From Octopus sinensis (lineage: Eukaryota), in the NCBI RefSeq assembly GCF_006345805.1, contig NC_042999.1:120776001-120840000 (forward strand): DNA of 64,000 bases. The letters run 5' to 3'. Numbering within the stretch: the first letter of the stretch is position 1; every line of letters starts with the position of its first letter. The notes beneath the pieces were generated by a model. It did not search any database. It had not been told where the DNA came from and saw nothing but the letters and a program-made list of their open reading frames with translations. A program made the translations under genes and the position numbers. Shown here one piece after another: positions 10,807 through 23,236 of this stretch.

Positions 10807-10872
10807 GTGCAATTAAATGGAGTCGCTTGAAACAATCGTACTGCATCACATCTTGATATCCTTTGCTTATTT

Positions 10873-10918
<46 letters not shown>

Positions 10919-11015
10919 ATGTATGTATATGTATATCTATCTATCTATCTCTCTTTCTCTCTCTCTCCCCCTCTCTCTCTCTCTCTCTCTCTCTCCATAT
11001 ATATATATATATATT
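10745..11015. repeat. (TTA)n, (TA)n and (CT)n microsatellites
   Basis: Directly visible. Confidence 0.93.
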
Positions 11016-11213
11016 TAAATAGGACAAAATCTTCATAAGAAATTATCAAGTAGTTAGCGTGAAAAACCTCGTAAGAGAAACAATCTGTAAATTTTTTCAA
11101 CTTGAAAATATTTATTTATATTATATAGAGGGCACTATTACACATAAATGCCACACGCTAGGAGGGACTTTAAAAGTCCCTCCTAGCGTGCGGCAAATAT
11201 ATATATATATATA

Positions 11214-13480
11214 TTGATAGATTTCGGCTAGTAATGGCGCGGGCCATGTCTAAACTAATAGCACCACTTGGCAAAGTCATTCAAATCAGGAATCGGAAAA
11301 CATGGCTCACTCATGTAGAGAGTTATTGATTACAGAGACATATCTGGGTGTATGTAGTTTATCCGGGATTTTTTTGAAGGAATTTGTTTAAAGACTTCTT
11401 GAACTTTATGGGCTCTGTCTCTGCTTTAATGTGTTCTAATGAAATGTTAAAGAGAGTGGGACGAGTTGATGTGAAATAATTGTGCCGTATTGTTACGTGA
11501 TGCAAGTATGATTTTGGTTGTGGGCGGAGAGCACGGGGCCCAAGTGTTGGGTGTATCTTAAAGGCAATGCCAATATCATTTCGGCCATGCTGATGGAATA
11601 TTTTCCACGTCATGCAGATGATGTATCGCTAACGGTGGTGTTGCAGAGAATAAAGCTTGAGCTTTTCTAGTCGATCCCAATAGTCAAAGCCTCTCGTGCC
11701 ATCTATCTTTTTTATAATTGACCTTTGGGGTGCTTCAGTTTTTATGATACTTTGTTTCGTGTGGGGAGACCATAGTGGACAACAGTATTCAAGGTGGGGT
11801 CGGGCAAAAGTGGAGAAGAGAGAAATGGTGTGGGTATATCACGACTGAAACTTTCTGAGAATCTAGGCGCACATTCTGCTGGCCATGTCAACTTTACTGT
11901 TTATATGAGCGGCCCAGGTTATGTTGTTGTCCACAATTACTCCCAAGTCTCTGATGTTGTTGGATGCCATGAGAGTATCACCTGAAGGAAGGGAGTATTG
12001 GAGTGTCAGGGTATCCATTTTCCGAAGTGGATTAATTCAAATTTGTCCCTCGTTCAGCAGCATATTATTCTTTCCTGCCCATTCGTTTGATGATAGCCAG
12101 TAGATCTGACTGAAGGCATGCCTGGTCACCCTCTTCATTGATGACCTTCTGGATCTAGGAATCATCTGCAAAGATTCGTATGTTACTGGGCTTGATGATG
12201 CCAGTAATGTCATTGATGTAGATCATAGAAAGAAGCCCGCTTCTTTCCACAGTGCCTTGTGGAACACCACTACTGACTTTGGCTGGGCTTGATTTTACTA
12301 CTTCGACTGCTAGGTATTGGGTTCTGCCTGTCAGGAAACACTTGATCCATTGTAGTAACTTTCCAGTGACACCAAAGTTGGATAGTTATTTCAAGAGGCC
12401 TTGCTGAAATCAAGGTCGATGACATCAGTATACGATCCGTCTCCCAAAGCTCTCAAAATGTCATGAAACTGATGCAAGAGCTGCGTTAGGCATTTCCTTC
12501 CATTACGGAATACATGTTGGTTGGAGTCTGTTGACCTTTGGGGTGCTTCAGTTTTTATGATACTTTGTTTCGTGTGGGGAGACCATAGTGGACAACAGTA
12601 TTCAAGGTGGGGTCGGGCAAAAGTGGAGAAGAGAGAAATGGTGTGGGTATACCACGACTGAAAATTTCTGAGAATCTAGGCGCACATTCTGCAGTCTGCT
12701 GCTTTCAAGGAAGTGGGCTGTCTATGATCTCACCACCCTCTCAAACACTTTGATAATACGAGAGATGAGCGAGATCGGTGGGTAGTTCACTGTAAGGGAC
12801 TTGTTTCCCTTTTTTGAAAACTAGAAACAGACAGTTTTCAGGAATACAACCAGCATTCAGTGAGTTCCTCCACAGATTAGCAAGAGGAAATGCAAGTTGA
12901 TGTTGAGACACCTTCAGGACACAAGCAGGGAATCTATCAGCTCTACTGCTGAATTGTGTTTAATTTCGTTTTTTGCCGCTTAGACATCAGGGGCGTTAAA
13001 CGTTATATCCGATAAAGTGCGTTGAGCGTTAACATTACTGATACAGTCCAGATTGACCATATCAGGATTGCTAAAAACAGAGCAGTACTCTTTCTGCAGT
13101 ATCTCACTCATGGTTTTAGCATTGTCATGGAGAGTGCTAGTTTCATCAATTAGAGGCCCAACAGTGGAGAAAGTGGCCGGGCTTTTTTTTGCTTCTGTTT
13201 GTTTTTTCTTTTTTTTGCTAAAGTGAAGAACACTTTAGGGTTGAGTTTAATTTTCTCAATGGTCCATTTCTTCTCAGATGTTCTTTGGTTATTGATGATT
13301 GTCTTCATGTATTTTTGGAGGTTATAATTTTTTGATTCGAGCAGGGTGAAAGCCGTCGAATTTACGTGTGGCTGCTGGCAGTGTTTTAGTTTAAAATCTT
13401 TGTTCTTTTTATTTTTCTAATAATCGTTTTCTGTTTTGGGGAATTCTGCGCATAGTTTCAGTTTCCTTCAAATGTTAAGT
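11214..13480 (-). mobile_element. CR1/L2-group LINE, 5'-truncated, decayed RT
   Basis: Minus translation: IEKIKLNPKVFF, NYPPISLISRIIKVFERVV, NQHVFRNGRKCLTQLL, DLDFSKA, RPHLEYCCPLWSPH, FKKSLNKFLQK. Confidence 0.88.
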
Positions 13481-13527
13481 GCCAACACGTACGAAATTAA
13501 TGGTTTTGAGTTTCTCTGTTGCTTCTA

Positions 13528-13561
13528 CTAAATATTAATGAATATATATATGTATATATAT

Positions 13562-13612
<51 letters not shown>

Positions 13613-13629
13613 ATGTATATAGATAGATG

Positions 13630-13691
<62 letters not shown>

Positions 13692-13756
13692 AGTATACAT
13701 ATACCGCTATATTTAGTTCAAATGTTCCTCCTTGCATTACTATATTTGCATAGATA

Positions 13757-13799
<43 letters not shown>

Positions 13800-13860
13800 A
13801 TATATATATAATATATATATATATATATAATATCTATCTATTTATCTATCTATCTAAATA
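13528..13860. repeat. (TA)n/(AGAT)n microsatellites
   Basis: Directly visible. Confidence 0.95.
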
Positions 13861-13862
13861 TA

Positions 13863-14122
13863 TTGGGTTGGCAACGAAGTAATTTCGTTTTTCGCAAATA
13901 AAATTACGATTTTTTAAATGACTTTTGTCAATTTCCTATTTTTTTCCTTTTGATATTTGACAGCAGTTGCTTTTAGTTTATTTCAGATTCAAGCTGCGCG
14001 TAATTTTATTTACAGCTGTTAGTTCAGTGTCATTTTTAACATGAAGTGCAACAACGAACATTTTCGCTATATTTTGCTTTTTTTATTTCCGAAAGGCAAG
14101 AAAGCTTAACAGAACGCACATG
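13863..14122 (+). mobile_element. 5' fragment of a mariner of the same family as 4557-5790
   Basis: TA + ttgggttggcaacgaagtaatttcg TIR; MKCNNEHFRYILLF at 14041. Confidence 0.88.
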
Positions 14123-14149
14123 TAGGAAATGGTTTTTAAAATTATAGAT

Positions 14150-14191
<42 letters not shown>

Positions 14192-14272
14192 GTATATATA
14201 TATATACACACACACATGCATACATACATACATACATACATACATACATACATACATACATACATACATACA

Positions 14273-14305
<33 letters not shown>

Positions 14306-14325
14306 GCATACATACATATATGCAT
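14150..14325. repeat. (CA)n/(TACA)n microsatellite
   Basis: Directly visible. Confidence 0.95.
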
Positions 14326-14477
14326 GTAACAACTCTTTAGATATTGTTCTGTTGCTACAATTCATATGTAGGTTTAACACTTACATGCAAGAAATTCCAT
14401 TACACTTCATAGAACTGATGCTTCCAATAAAATATATAGTGTCAATCTTTATCGTTCTTTCTAAAAGTATTTACCGA

Positions 14478-14527
<50 letters not shown>

Positions 14528-14639
14528 ACTTTCACTTGTATATATATGCATACATATACACACACTTATATACATCTATGTCATTTGCACATAAATATAT
14601 ATATATATATATACAACATTTGTTCCAAATCGCATAGGC

Positions 14640-15440
14640 GGGAGAGTAGAGTGAGACATATTCTAAACTAATGCAGGCGATCTTATTAATTGTAACATCA
14701 CCCGGTCGCCTCTAAAGCCTTTGTATAGTTAGATACCGGGACGTCTTTCATCAGTCTACAACTATATGTCTGATTGGTTCTTTATAGAACATGTGTCTCC
14801 TTACATCAATAATTCCAGATGTTGCGTGAGATAAGTCTCGAGAACTTATGATATTCTATTGCTGTTAGTTGCAATTTATACAATATATATGTATTAGTGA
14901 ATTCTTGCAGACACTTTCATCTGAATTTGGTGAGGAATATCCAACTACAACGAACATTGGAAATTTATTTCCGAGACAAACAATAAATTTGGAATATCCT
15001 GAAATAAGTTCCCATATTTCAAAAAGTATTCTTCATTCATCGGTTTGACGTCTCATCGCAATAAGTTACGTTCTCAGCTTTCTTGTAGTATTATACAAGA
15101 TAGTGAAGAATAAAAATACCAGGTGTTTTCAAATAGAAACATCGTAGGCTTCTTCACATGATAAACAATCGAAAAACTCTCTCGTTTACCAGAGGAGTTT
15201 CAGTGATATACTCATCTGTAAAAGCCTCTGCAGTGCTATACTAATTCATCTGTGAGAACCTCTACACCAAGGATCGAGACAGTTTCCTGCATACCTTAGT
15301 GCAAATATCTAGCACTGAAAAAATTTTTTAAATGATCCAATTCTTCTTTGAGGATTAAAGCTCTGATACCACTTATTCCCATAGTTGTTTCATATTTACG
15401 ACTGATGATTGTTTTCTGGTCTGCTGCAATATTTTGGAAC
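14640..15440 (-). mobile_element. Possible highly degenerate Penelope-like remnant
   Basis: Weak motifs EELDHLKNFF and YCDETSNR, plus a CTGATGA-containing relic at ~14720-14760. Confidence 0.25.
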
Positions 15441-15484
15441 CTGATTCGTTTGTTTGATATCAGATGGGTTCGATGTAATCGACT

Positions 15485-15785
15485 GTGGCCTAGTGGTTAG
15501 AGCAGCGGACTCGCGGTCGAGCGATCGCGGGTTCGAATCTCAGACCGGGCGATTTGTGTGTTTATGAGCGAAACACCTAAGCTCCACGCGGCTCCGCCAG
15601 AAGGTAATGGCGAACTTCTGCTGACTCTTTCGCCACAACTTTCTCTCACTCATTCCTCCTGAATCTTGCAGCTCACCTGCGACAGACTGGCGTCCCGTCC
15701 AGGTGGGGAACCTATACGCCAGGGAAACCGGGAAACCGGCCCTTATGAGCCAGAGATGGCTCGAGAAGGAACAAACAAGCAACAG
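15485..15785 (+). mobile_element. Young full-length tRNA-derived SINE with a V-domain-like core and 13-bp TSD
   Basis: A box gtggcctagtggttagagc, B box ggttcgaatc, V-like cctgcgacagactggcgtcccgtccagg; TSD gatgtaatcgact at 15472-15484 and 15786-15798. Confidence 0.93.
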
Positions 15786-15854
15786 GATGTAATCGACTAG
15801 CCTCTTCCCCTGAATTTGCTGACCTTGTGTCAAAGTTTGAAATCAATATAACGG

Positions 15855-16050
15855 AAGGTAGTACGTCGGACAAGATTCATAACAGTATTTTGTCAGTGTT
15901 TACCTTCTGAGTTCGAAATCCGCTGACGTTGACTTTGACGTTCATCCTTTCAGGGTCGATGAAATATGTGCTAGTTGAACATTGGGGTCGATTCAATAAA
16001 CTTACCCTCCCTCGAAATGCTGGTATTGTGCTAAAATTGGAAGCCACCTT
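15855..16050 (+). mobile_element. Old SINE with a Nin-domain-like core
   Basis: gagttcgaaatccgctgacgttgactttgacgttcatcctttcagggtcgatgaaatatgtgctagttg. Confidence 0.7.
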
Positions 16051-19000
16051 CAGGATTACTCTCATTAACTTACTAACATAACTAACTGTTTCATAGTTTT
16101 ATACGCGGCAATTCCTAACAAACACTTCCCATATTACATTGACTTTGCACTTTTTTCAATATGTGAAACGTTTTGCTATCTTGTTATGGCAGAAAAATAA
16201 TAAGTAGGTTCATCAACTTTACAGAGATATCACTACTTTGCCGATAAAATTGTTACAGGTAAGTATTTTTTATTAGTTTCGTATTTTGATAAGCATATCC
16301 TGATTTTACTTCTTATTTAAATGACTGTTTACTACATGGACACTCCATCTTCTTAATGAGAAAATTAAACGGTATATTTAGTCGAATGATTGTTTTGAAT
16401 TTATCGTCTGTTGGCGTTTTATGGCGGCTCTATATGCGTGCACTTGACTTTAGTCTACGTAAATTTAAATCGTATTGTTTCGAAATCCCTTTTTTAAGTG
16501 TTACATAACAGTCAATATATTAAAAGTACCAGTGTAAGTCTTAAACATTTCCATTAAATAATATGAAACTGTTGCTCTTTTTTCGGATGATACATAGGTT
16601 GCCTTTAGAGGACATTCTGGTAATAGGTCCGCAAGTGACGTCATATTCGACCTACACATGGGGGTGCATAATCTGTTTAAGTCGGTTTTAATTGAGGTAT
16701 TAAGGACAACTCGAGTTTAACGCTCAAGAATACACATCGTATTTGTTAGTCCGCTTTTTTTAATGAATCTTTAATGTGAAGATTTTGAATATTACTATCA
16801 TGATGTGTTCATATTGAAATCCTACTGCATTATAACTACTTTTCGCCATGAAAGAATACCACTCAGGGTTTCTTCAGCAAAGTTGCTGGTAACTTACAGC
16901 TGAAAGTAAATCTAACTCTATGGAGTTCAGTATAATGAACATTAAGCAGAAACTGTTTTAGTAAAAAGAGGAAATATTAAGGCGGCGGTATTGTACTAGA
17001 AGCTCGTTTCCATGCTTATACAGTTTGACTGTTTTAGAGATAAAACACTTTCTGCCCGCACTTTCAACCGCATGCGCATATTTGAACATACACCCTTCCA
17101 GGAAATGAGCTGTGCCTTGAAATCTGTATAATCTGATGGAGCAACGGGTAGCGGGCATTCAAAGCATCATATAATCATTAGAGTTGCTGGGCATGACCGA
17201 CTGGAACAAGCTGAAAGTGTATTCTGGCCAGTAGAATAATATTTGTTCCTCCTGTACCCCCATGAGGTTATACTCTTTAGGATATTCAACTATTGAAATT
17301 TCTTTCCCAACCATGTGGATTATTTTAGCTCAAGTTTAGCTCCGATTCATCTGACATATGATCAGATACATTCTGGCCAGGGTTGCTCCAATTTTACTCA
17401 TGTTTCTTTCTGGGTTTACATTAAGTAGTGTGTCCTTTCTACTTTTAAACCAGCCACACGAAATGAGATAACAATGGCCTGTACTTGGAACTACCTAATC
17501 TAAACATATAATATATAATTTTAACTAATTTCGGAGAGGTTACAAGTTCATGGCCACAGCCCTTCTTGCAGGGGGTAATATAAAGAGTTAAGAATGATAC
17601 CAAGAGAAAATTTATATACCATGAGAAAAAAAAAAGAATAAGTTACACAAAGTTACAGAAGAGGAGTTGAAATATTGATCAGGTAATTGTAATTTGCGAA
17701 GCTTGTGTTCTTGCACATTCTCCATTGGGCAATTTTACGCTATCTACTTTCTAAGCAATATAAAGGATTGATCAATACATTGTGTTACAAAATGCTCTTC
17801 ATTACCAAGAATGATATCTTCGAAAGAAAAAATAATTAAATGATCTAATGTTATTGGTATTAAATGGAAAATGTTTAAACCAAAGAGTTCTGCATACTAT
17901 ATTTCATACCGATAGATTGTTTCATAAAACGAAGAAATAGAAACGAAAGAGAAATATCAAGCAAATAACTTTAGTCGAATATTTCCTTAAGTGGATGCAA
18001 TATAGAAAAACAAGAAAAAACAATGATTACACAAGGGAACTATAAAATATGTTTAATAAAGCATTGCAGACGCTTTTTTGCCATTTGGAGAAAATAGCAC
18101 GACAGGGAATTAAATCAAAAGAGGTTTTGTATTTAGTGATATTCAGGTATTGCAGTGAAGTATAAATATAAAACTAAAAAAATATGACACAGATTGCGAG
18201 ATACAGTCACACACACTCATAAACCCAACGAGAGAAAGATGATAGAAACAACAAAGAAATAAAACAATTCATATCCATCTCTTAAATGAGAGAGCTAGCA
18301 ATCTAACGACTTGAATCATTATTTTAGTTTGTAAAAGTGAAACGTCCAGAGCTGATATTTAGACTTATTACATGTTGAGTAATTATCTAAAATTAGACAC
18401 TAATTCAAACATGATATAGTAACTGGGAAGTTGTGACATTCATACATTACTTATTGACATTAATGAAGCGAAGTAGCTATTGAAATAGCGAATGGAAATT
18501 CGATTTCGGAGATCAATTGAAAATAAAATCAAATTTCACGATATTATGCGGAAATATTGATTTATTGACCCTGATTCAGATTAGTTGATTGTATCAACCC
18601 TCGTGTATGACTGACATTTATTTTATCGATTGAATAGTCGTCTGCCAAGAAATTATAAAACATTTTATGCTACTAACAGCGGTACAAATAAATCACAGGA
18701 GGTTAAAATCATACTCCGTACAGGCAGAAATTTACAAAATTCGGTTTCAACCGTTTCCACCAAAGCTTACATTAAAGCGTAACCTGTAATTCATTTGTCA
18801 TTTCGAAATACTTTTTTGATTTTGATATACTTTTTTTTTACAATTTGTGTTCAGATATCGAAACTTAGATTTATTCTATATTTATATATCTCTACAATAT
18901 TTTCTTATTCTGAATTTGATTTAAGTTTGCTGGAATTTACACAAAATTTGCTTATATATTACATATAATTTTAAAAGTTTTTCCTCTTCTAATAACATTC

Positions 19001-19299
19001 GCAGTAAACTAAAATATTTTTCGACAAATTAAAAAAAAAACATTAATTCCGTTTTGATAGATGCATTTAATTATTCAGCATCTATGGAAGTTGTTTCATT
19101 ATTGAAACTTTTATTGGATTAAAGCCATCGGCGTTTTATTAGTTTAAAGTAGCGCATTTTATATAATAAAAATTCCTTCAACATTGTTCCAATACATGTA
19201 AATACATAAAAAATTAACTTCGAGGTTTTACTCTGTTTCTGTATCAATAATGAGTTTGCATTTGACATATTTAACAATATAAAAATATTTATTATGTTG

Positions 19300-20490
19300 T
19301 CGATTTCTTTTACTATTTTAGTCGTAAGCCATCAAAATATGCTGCTTTGTTGAAATATCTTCTGTGAAGAAGTAATATTTTTATGATGGATAGTAGCGCA
19401 TATTTTAAGTAACTTCACTCTTTTCTTTATGATTAAAACTGTAAAAAAAAATGCGTTCTTCCATAGAATCTATAAGTCGAGAAATCTTCATTCCATGCTA
19501 GTGTATTTCAGGAAGTTGATTTGTATGCTCACTTACAAGTGTTCATTTCTTAGTTGGATGTTGAAAAGTTAAGGTTTAATAGTTCATCTTGAGATATTCT
19601 ATAACAATGCACAAGCTGTGTGCATAACTACTTGTGCATACATTTAATACATAACGTTCCAGTTTTAATATCTAATATAACAAAATAAAACTTACCGTCA
19701 ACGTTGAAGAAATGTATGCCAGTTATTTTTAATTTACATTAGCATTAAACCACCTTACAATTGGTGAATATAAAAACAAATAATCATAATAGATTTTGAA
19801 AATTTTTTGTCAATCAGGAACATTTCACTCTAATTAAATCTAAAGTATTGATTCTAAAATTATATATTTTCTCTCCATCATCATCTTTCAAATTGCTTCT
19901 TTCTTGTGATTTGCTTGCAGTATATTAGATAATAATTCCCTCGCCTATGTATCTAAAACCTATTTGTTTCAAATTCTCTTTGAGACTTATGAATTTTCAC
20001 AGATGCATTCTGTTATGTTTCCAAATATCATGTGTGAAACAAGAGGACATCGTATAAAATTGTAAAAAGGAAGAAAATTCTGGATAGCATAGCTTCTTTT
20101 TAGGTAAGATGGGCCTTGGGTTCCAAAGGTAATATGTGGAATTTATCGATCTTCTCTGAAAAGATTGTTATTGTGTGCGTGAAAATTTATGCTCATAAAT
20201 ATTCCTACTGTATCGAGAGTGCAAAGGAATCATCTTAGTGACTGTTGCTATACTATTTTTAATGCTTCAAATTATAGGAAGGAGAAAAAACCAAGTTCTT
20301 CTGTATCCAAGATAAAAGTGTGTAATTTGACATGAAACTTTTACAAGACTACTATTTACAGAAAAGTATGCGCAATTTGCATTATACGTTGGTACTAGTA
20401 GAGATCTGATTTCTATGAAATATGTAAATGACTTGATTATTGCTGTAGGATCGAAGAATGACCTAGGGAATGGCGATTGGCCACACTTCA
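19300..20490 (-). mobile_element. Possible ancient hAT-like transposase remnant
   Basis: Weak ordered resemblance: YFSVNSSLVKVSCQITHFYLG (cf. WVSVDETTD..GR..ANFIVG), PHITFGTQG (cf. HVTCLAHG), T*YLE (cf. TWLE). Confidence 0.3.
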
Positions 20491-22896
20491 TTTAAAATCT
20501 TAAAGAAGCAATTTTAATATACGGTGTTATCTAGTATCCACATCTACCCCATACGCATCGGATGGAAGTGAAGGATGACTACCAAACAGCTATTTACAAA
20601 ATTCAACAATACGGGATACTTCTGAGATGCTTACTTAAAGATTTCAAGATGATTGCATGTACGCGTCGCTTGCAACATGAACCTATTATGTATTGATATT
20701 TGTTTTGTTTTAAAGAGAAGATATGTTTACGCTCTTTACGCTTAGCGGCACCCTGCAGCAGAAATTATGTCAGGAACGTTAAATACTGCATTGCGTGGAT
20801 GCAAGGAAAATGTGTTTACTCCTACTTCACAGAAAAATCAATTTGTAAAAGTTTTAGGCTTTAGAAGAAAAGCCTTTCAAGAAATTCCTTATCTTGCCAA
20901 AAAAGCTCTAATAACAAAATCAGGGATAATATATTTACAGGAATTCAAAGCGTAAATCATTATTACAGATATATTGTTCAATCAAGCATTCAAGTACTTG
21001 AATGGATAAGGAGAAAATGAAAAGAATTGATGTATATTTTCAGATGTGCCTCATGGATATCTAAGGATATCTAAGACCCTAACTACTGGAAGCTAGTAGC
21101 AAGGCTTACTGAATGTTAAAAACATGTAACAACATAAGCTGCTGCATGCTTTTAACATCTGTTTCTAGCATTCGTATCTCGATTTATTCCTTAAAGTTTT
21201 TCACACATCATTGATGTGTGAAATACTGTACTGTAAATAAAAGATTGTATAAATAACGTACGGAATTTTACATTAAAGTTTACAGAAAGAATAAAACATA
21301 CGCAGACCACACATCTTTATGTATAAACATCATATAAAGCATAAGCTTTGTGTGATTAAAATCATTTCAGCTTTCTCATTTTCAACACCTAACTCTGTGT
21401 CTGTGAAAGCTCAAAAGTAACATTACAGTTTTTACAAATAGGTCACTTTACTTATTCGATCGATATTTATTGCCTAAAAGTGACACGAACTCCTATACGT
21501 ATCACAAATTCTACATATCCTGGTCGCATCTATGAAACTATCTAAATTTAATGTTCCTTTACTCTGACCTACATTTAAACTTTTTTGTTCCATTTTTATC
21601 TACATTATAGCTTGTTTCTTGTCCTATAAATATACTACTAGTCAACGCCACAACTCCCTATCATTTAGCACGTCCCACCACAAATAATCTTTATGGATGG
21701 ATATTTTATTATCTTCTCAGATCGTGTTAACGTTAAAACTAATAATGCAATCAAATATACATTTAAGGATATACAAACAAAATCACTTTCTAATAAAACT
21801 TATCAATAATAGAATACACATCAATTTCATTCCCGAGTCACTATTTTGGTTCTAACTTTGAAGTAACAGTGAGGAATATAGATTCGGATTGTAAACAACT
21901 CTTATTTATATTACATTTAGTTTGTTCCGTGCTGTTGAGATCATCAATGGCTCTAAGGGAAAAACATTTTCCGCTTTTATTTTTAAGAGAACATATCATT
22001 ATTTTCGTCTCCGAAGGAGTAAACTTCAGCGACGAAATATTTTAAGGCAATTGCATTAAAAATAAACACGAAATTTGTTGTTTAGACCCAAACCTATATA
22101 AGTATCTATTATTCTGTACATAAAAGAAGGTTTGAGCGGAGAAAACGGAGATACTAAAAACGCTTAACGTATAATTTTCAAAAAATATTTCTCAATGTAT
22201 AATTATATTATAGGAACAGAGTGTTTTCTGCAAGTGGCAACGATAATAGTAATTTAAGCAAATATACCTTGAAATATGTATATGTTTAGAATTGCAATGC
22301 AACAGAAATAATCTTTCACTTGTTTTGAAATTTTGCATGTTTCATAAAACTCCAACATATACATAGACGCCAACATGCATACATACATACTACATACATA
22401 CATACATACATACATACATACATACATACATGCATGCATACATAATACATATATACACACATACGATGCAAACACACATCTCCGTAGTAGATGTAATTTC
22501 TTCTAAAATTTCCTATTAAGAAGATTGTAGAAACACCAATCGTTGATATGTACACTGGATGGAATTACTGATAAGAAACACAATTTATTTAGAGTAATTA
22601 TGCAAATCAAATTAGTAGCGAATTTTCATGAGAAAATATTTTCTATGAGAAATTTAGAAAATGCATAAGAAGAATTTTTTGGTATGTCATTAATTTTTTC
22701 AGTCTGTACAATGAATTTGTATGCAACAGTTCTGAAAAATCAAAATGGCTCTCACTTACAGAAACATATCTGCATAATTTTAAAGCGATTTGTGACGAAA
22801 TATATTTATTTTTAATACATATGTACAGGCATATACATACATATACACACACACACACACACACACCACACACACACACATATATATATATGTATA

Positions 22897-22942
<46 letters not shown>

Positions 22943-22944
22943 CT

Positions 22945-23150
22945 CAAATGTATAGAAAACAAAAGACGAAGACAGGTGTAGGAACAACAAGCAAGCACGT
23001 GTATTAGTTTAACGCTCGGGAAGAATGAAAAGTCTTTGACAGAAATGATTAAGAGGGGACAAAACGAAGAGAGAAAAACGGCCCAGCATGATGAGATGAT
23101 CGGGAAAAAAAAGGGCTGAATGAAAGGTAGATAATTATAATAATAATAAC
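22945..23150. mobile_element. Degenerate copy of the pLTR-like repeat also at 27225-27413
   Basis: aaaacaaaagacgaagacaggtg...gtattagtttaacgctcggg is shared; has an internal deletion at ~23040. Confidence 0.7.
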
Positions 23151-23196
23151 GGTGACCACATCGAACAAAAGTGAACAAGGGCATGTTCATGAGAAT

Positions 23197-23236
<40 letters not shown>

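Noticed and set aside
11050-11095. Possible degenerate hammerhead (cgtgaaaaacctc-gtaa-gagaaac)
   Set aside because: No CUGANGA core and no stem I pairing
13497-14594. Many YI/CV/HT-repeat ORFs (also near 2436, 10549, 22643, 27081, 54756, 60787)
   Set aside because: Translations of microsatellites
15485-15560. tRNA-like sequence (also 24300-24375)
   Set aside because: These are SINE heads continuing into SINE bodies, not tRNA genes
16225-16265. Micro-exon candidate ending at ttacag|gtaagt
   Set aside because: Too short, with no partner exons identifiable
16637-16644. CRE-like TGACGTCA site
   Set aside because: A single 8-mer with no supported gene nearby
20767-20955. 62-aa ORF
   Set aside because: No recognisable motif, upstream in-frame stop and no splice support
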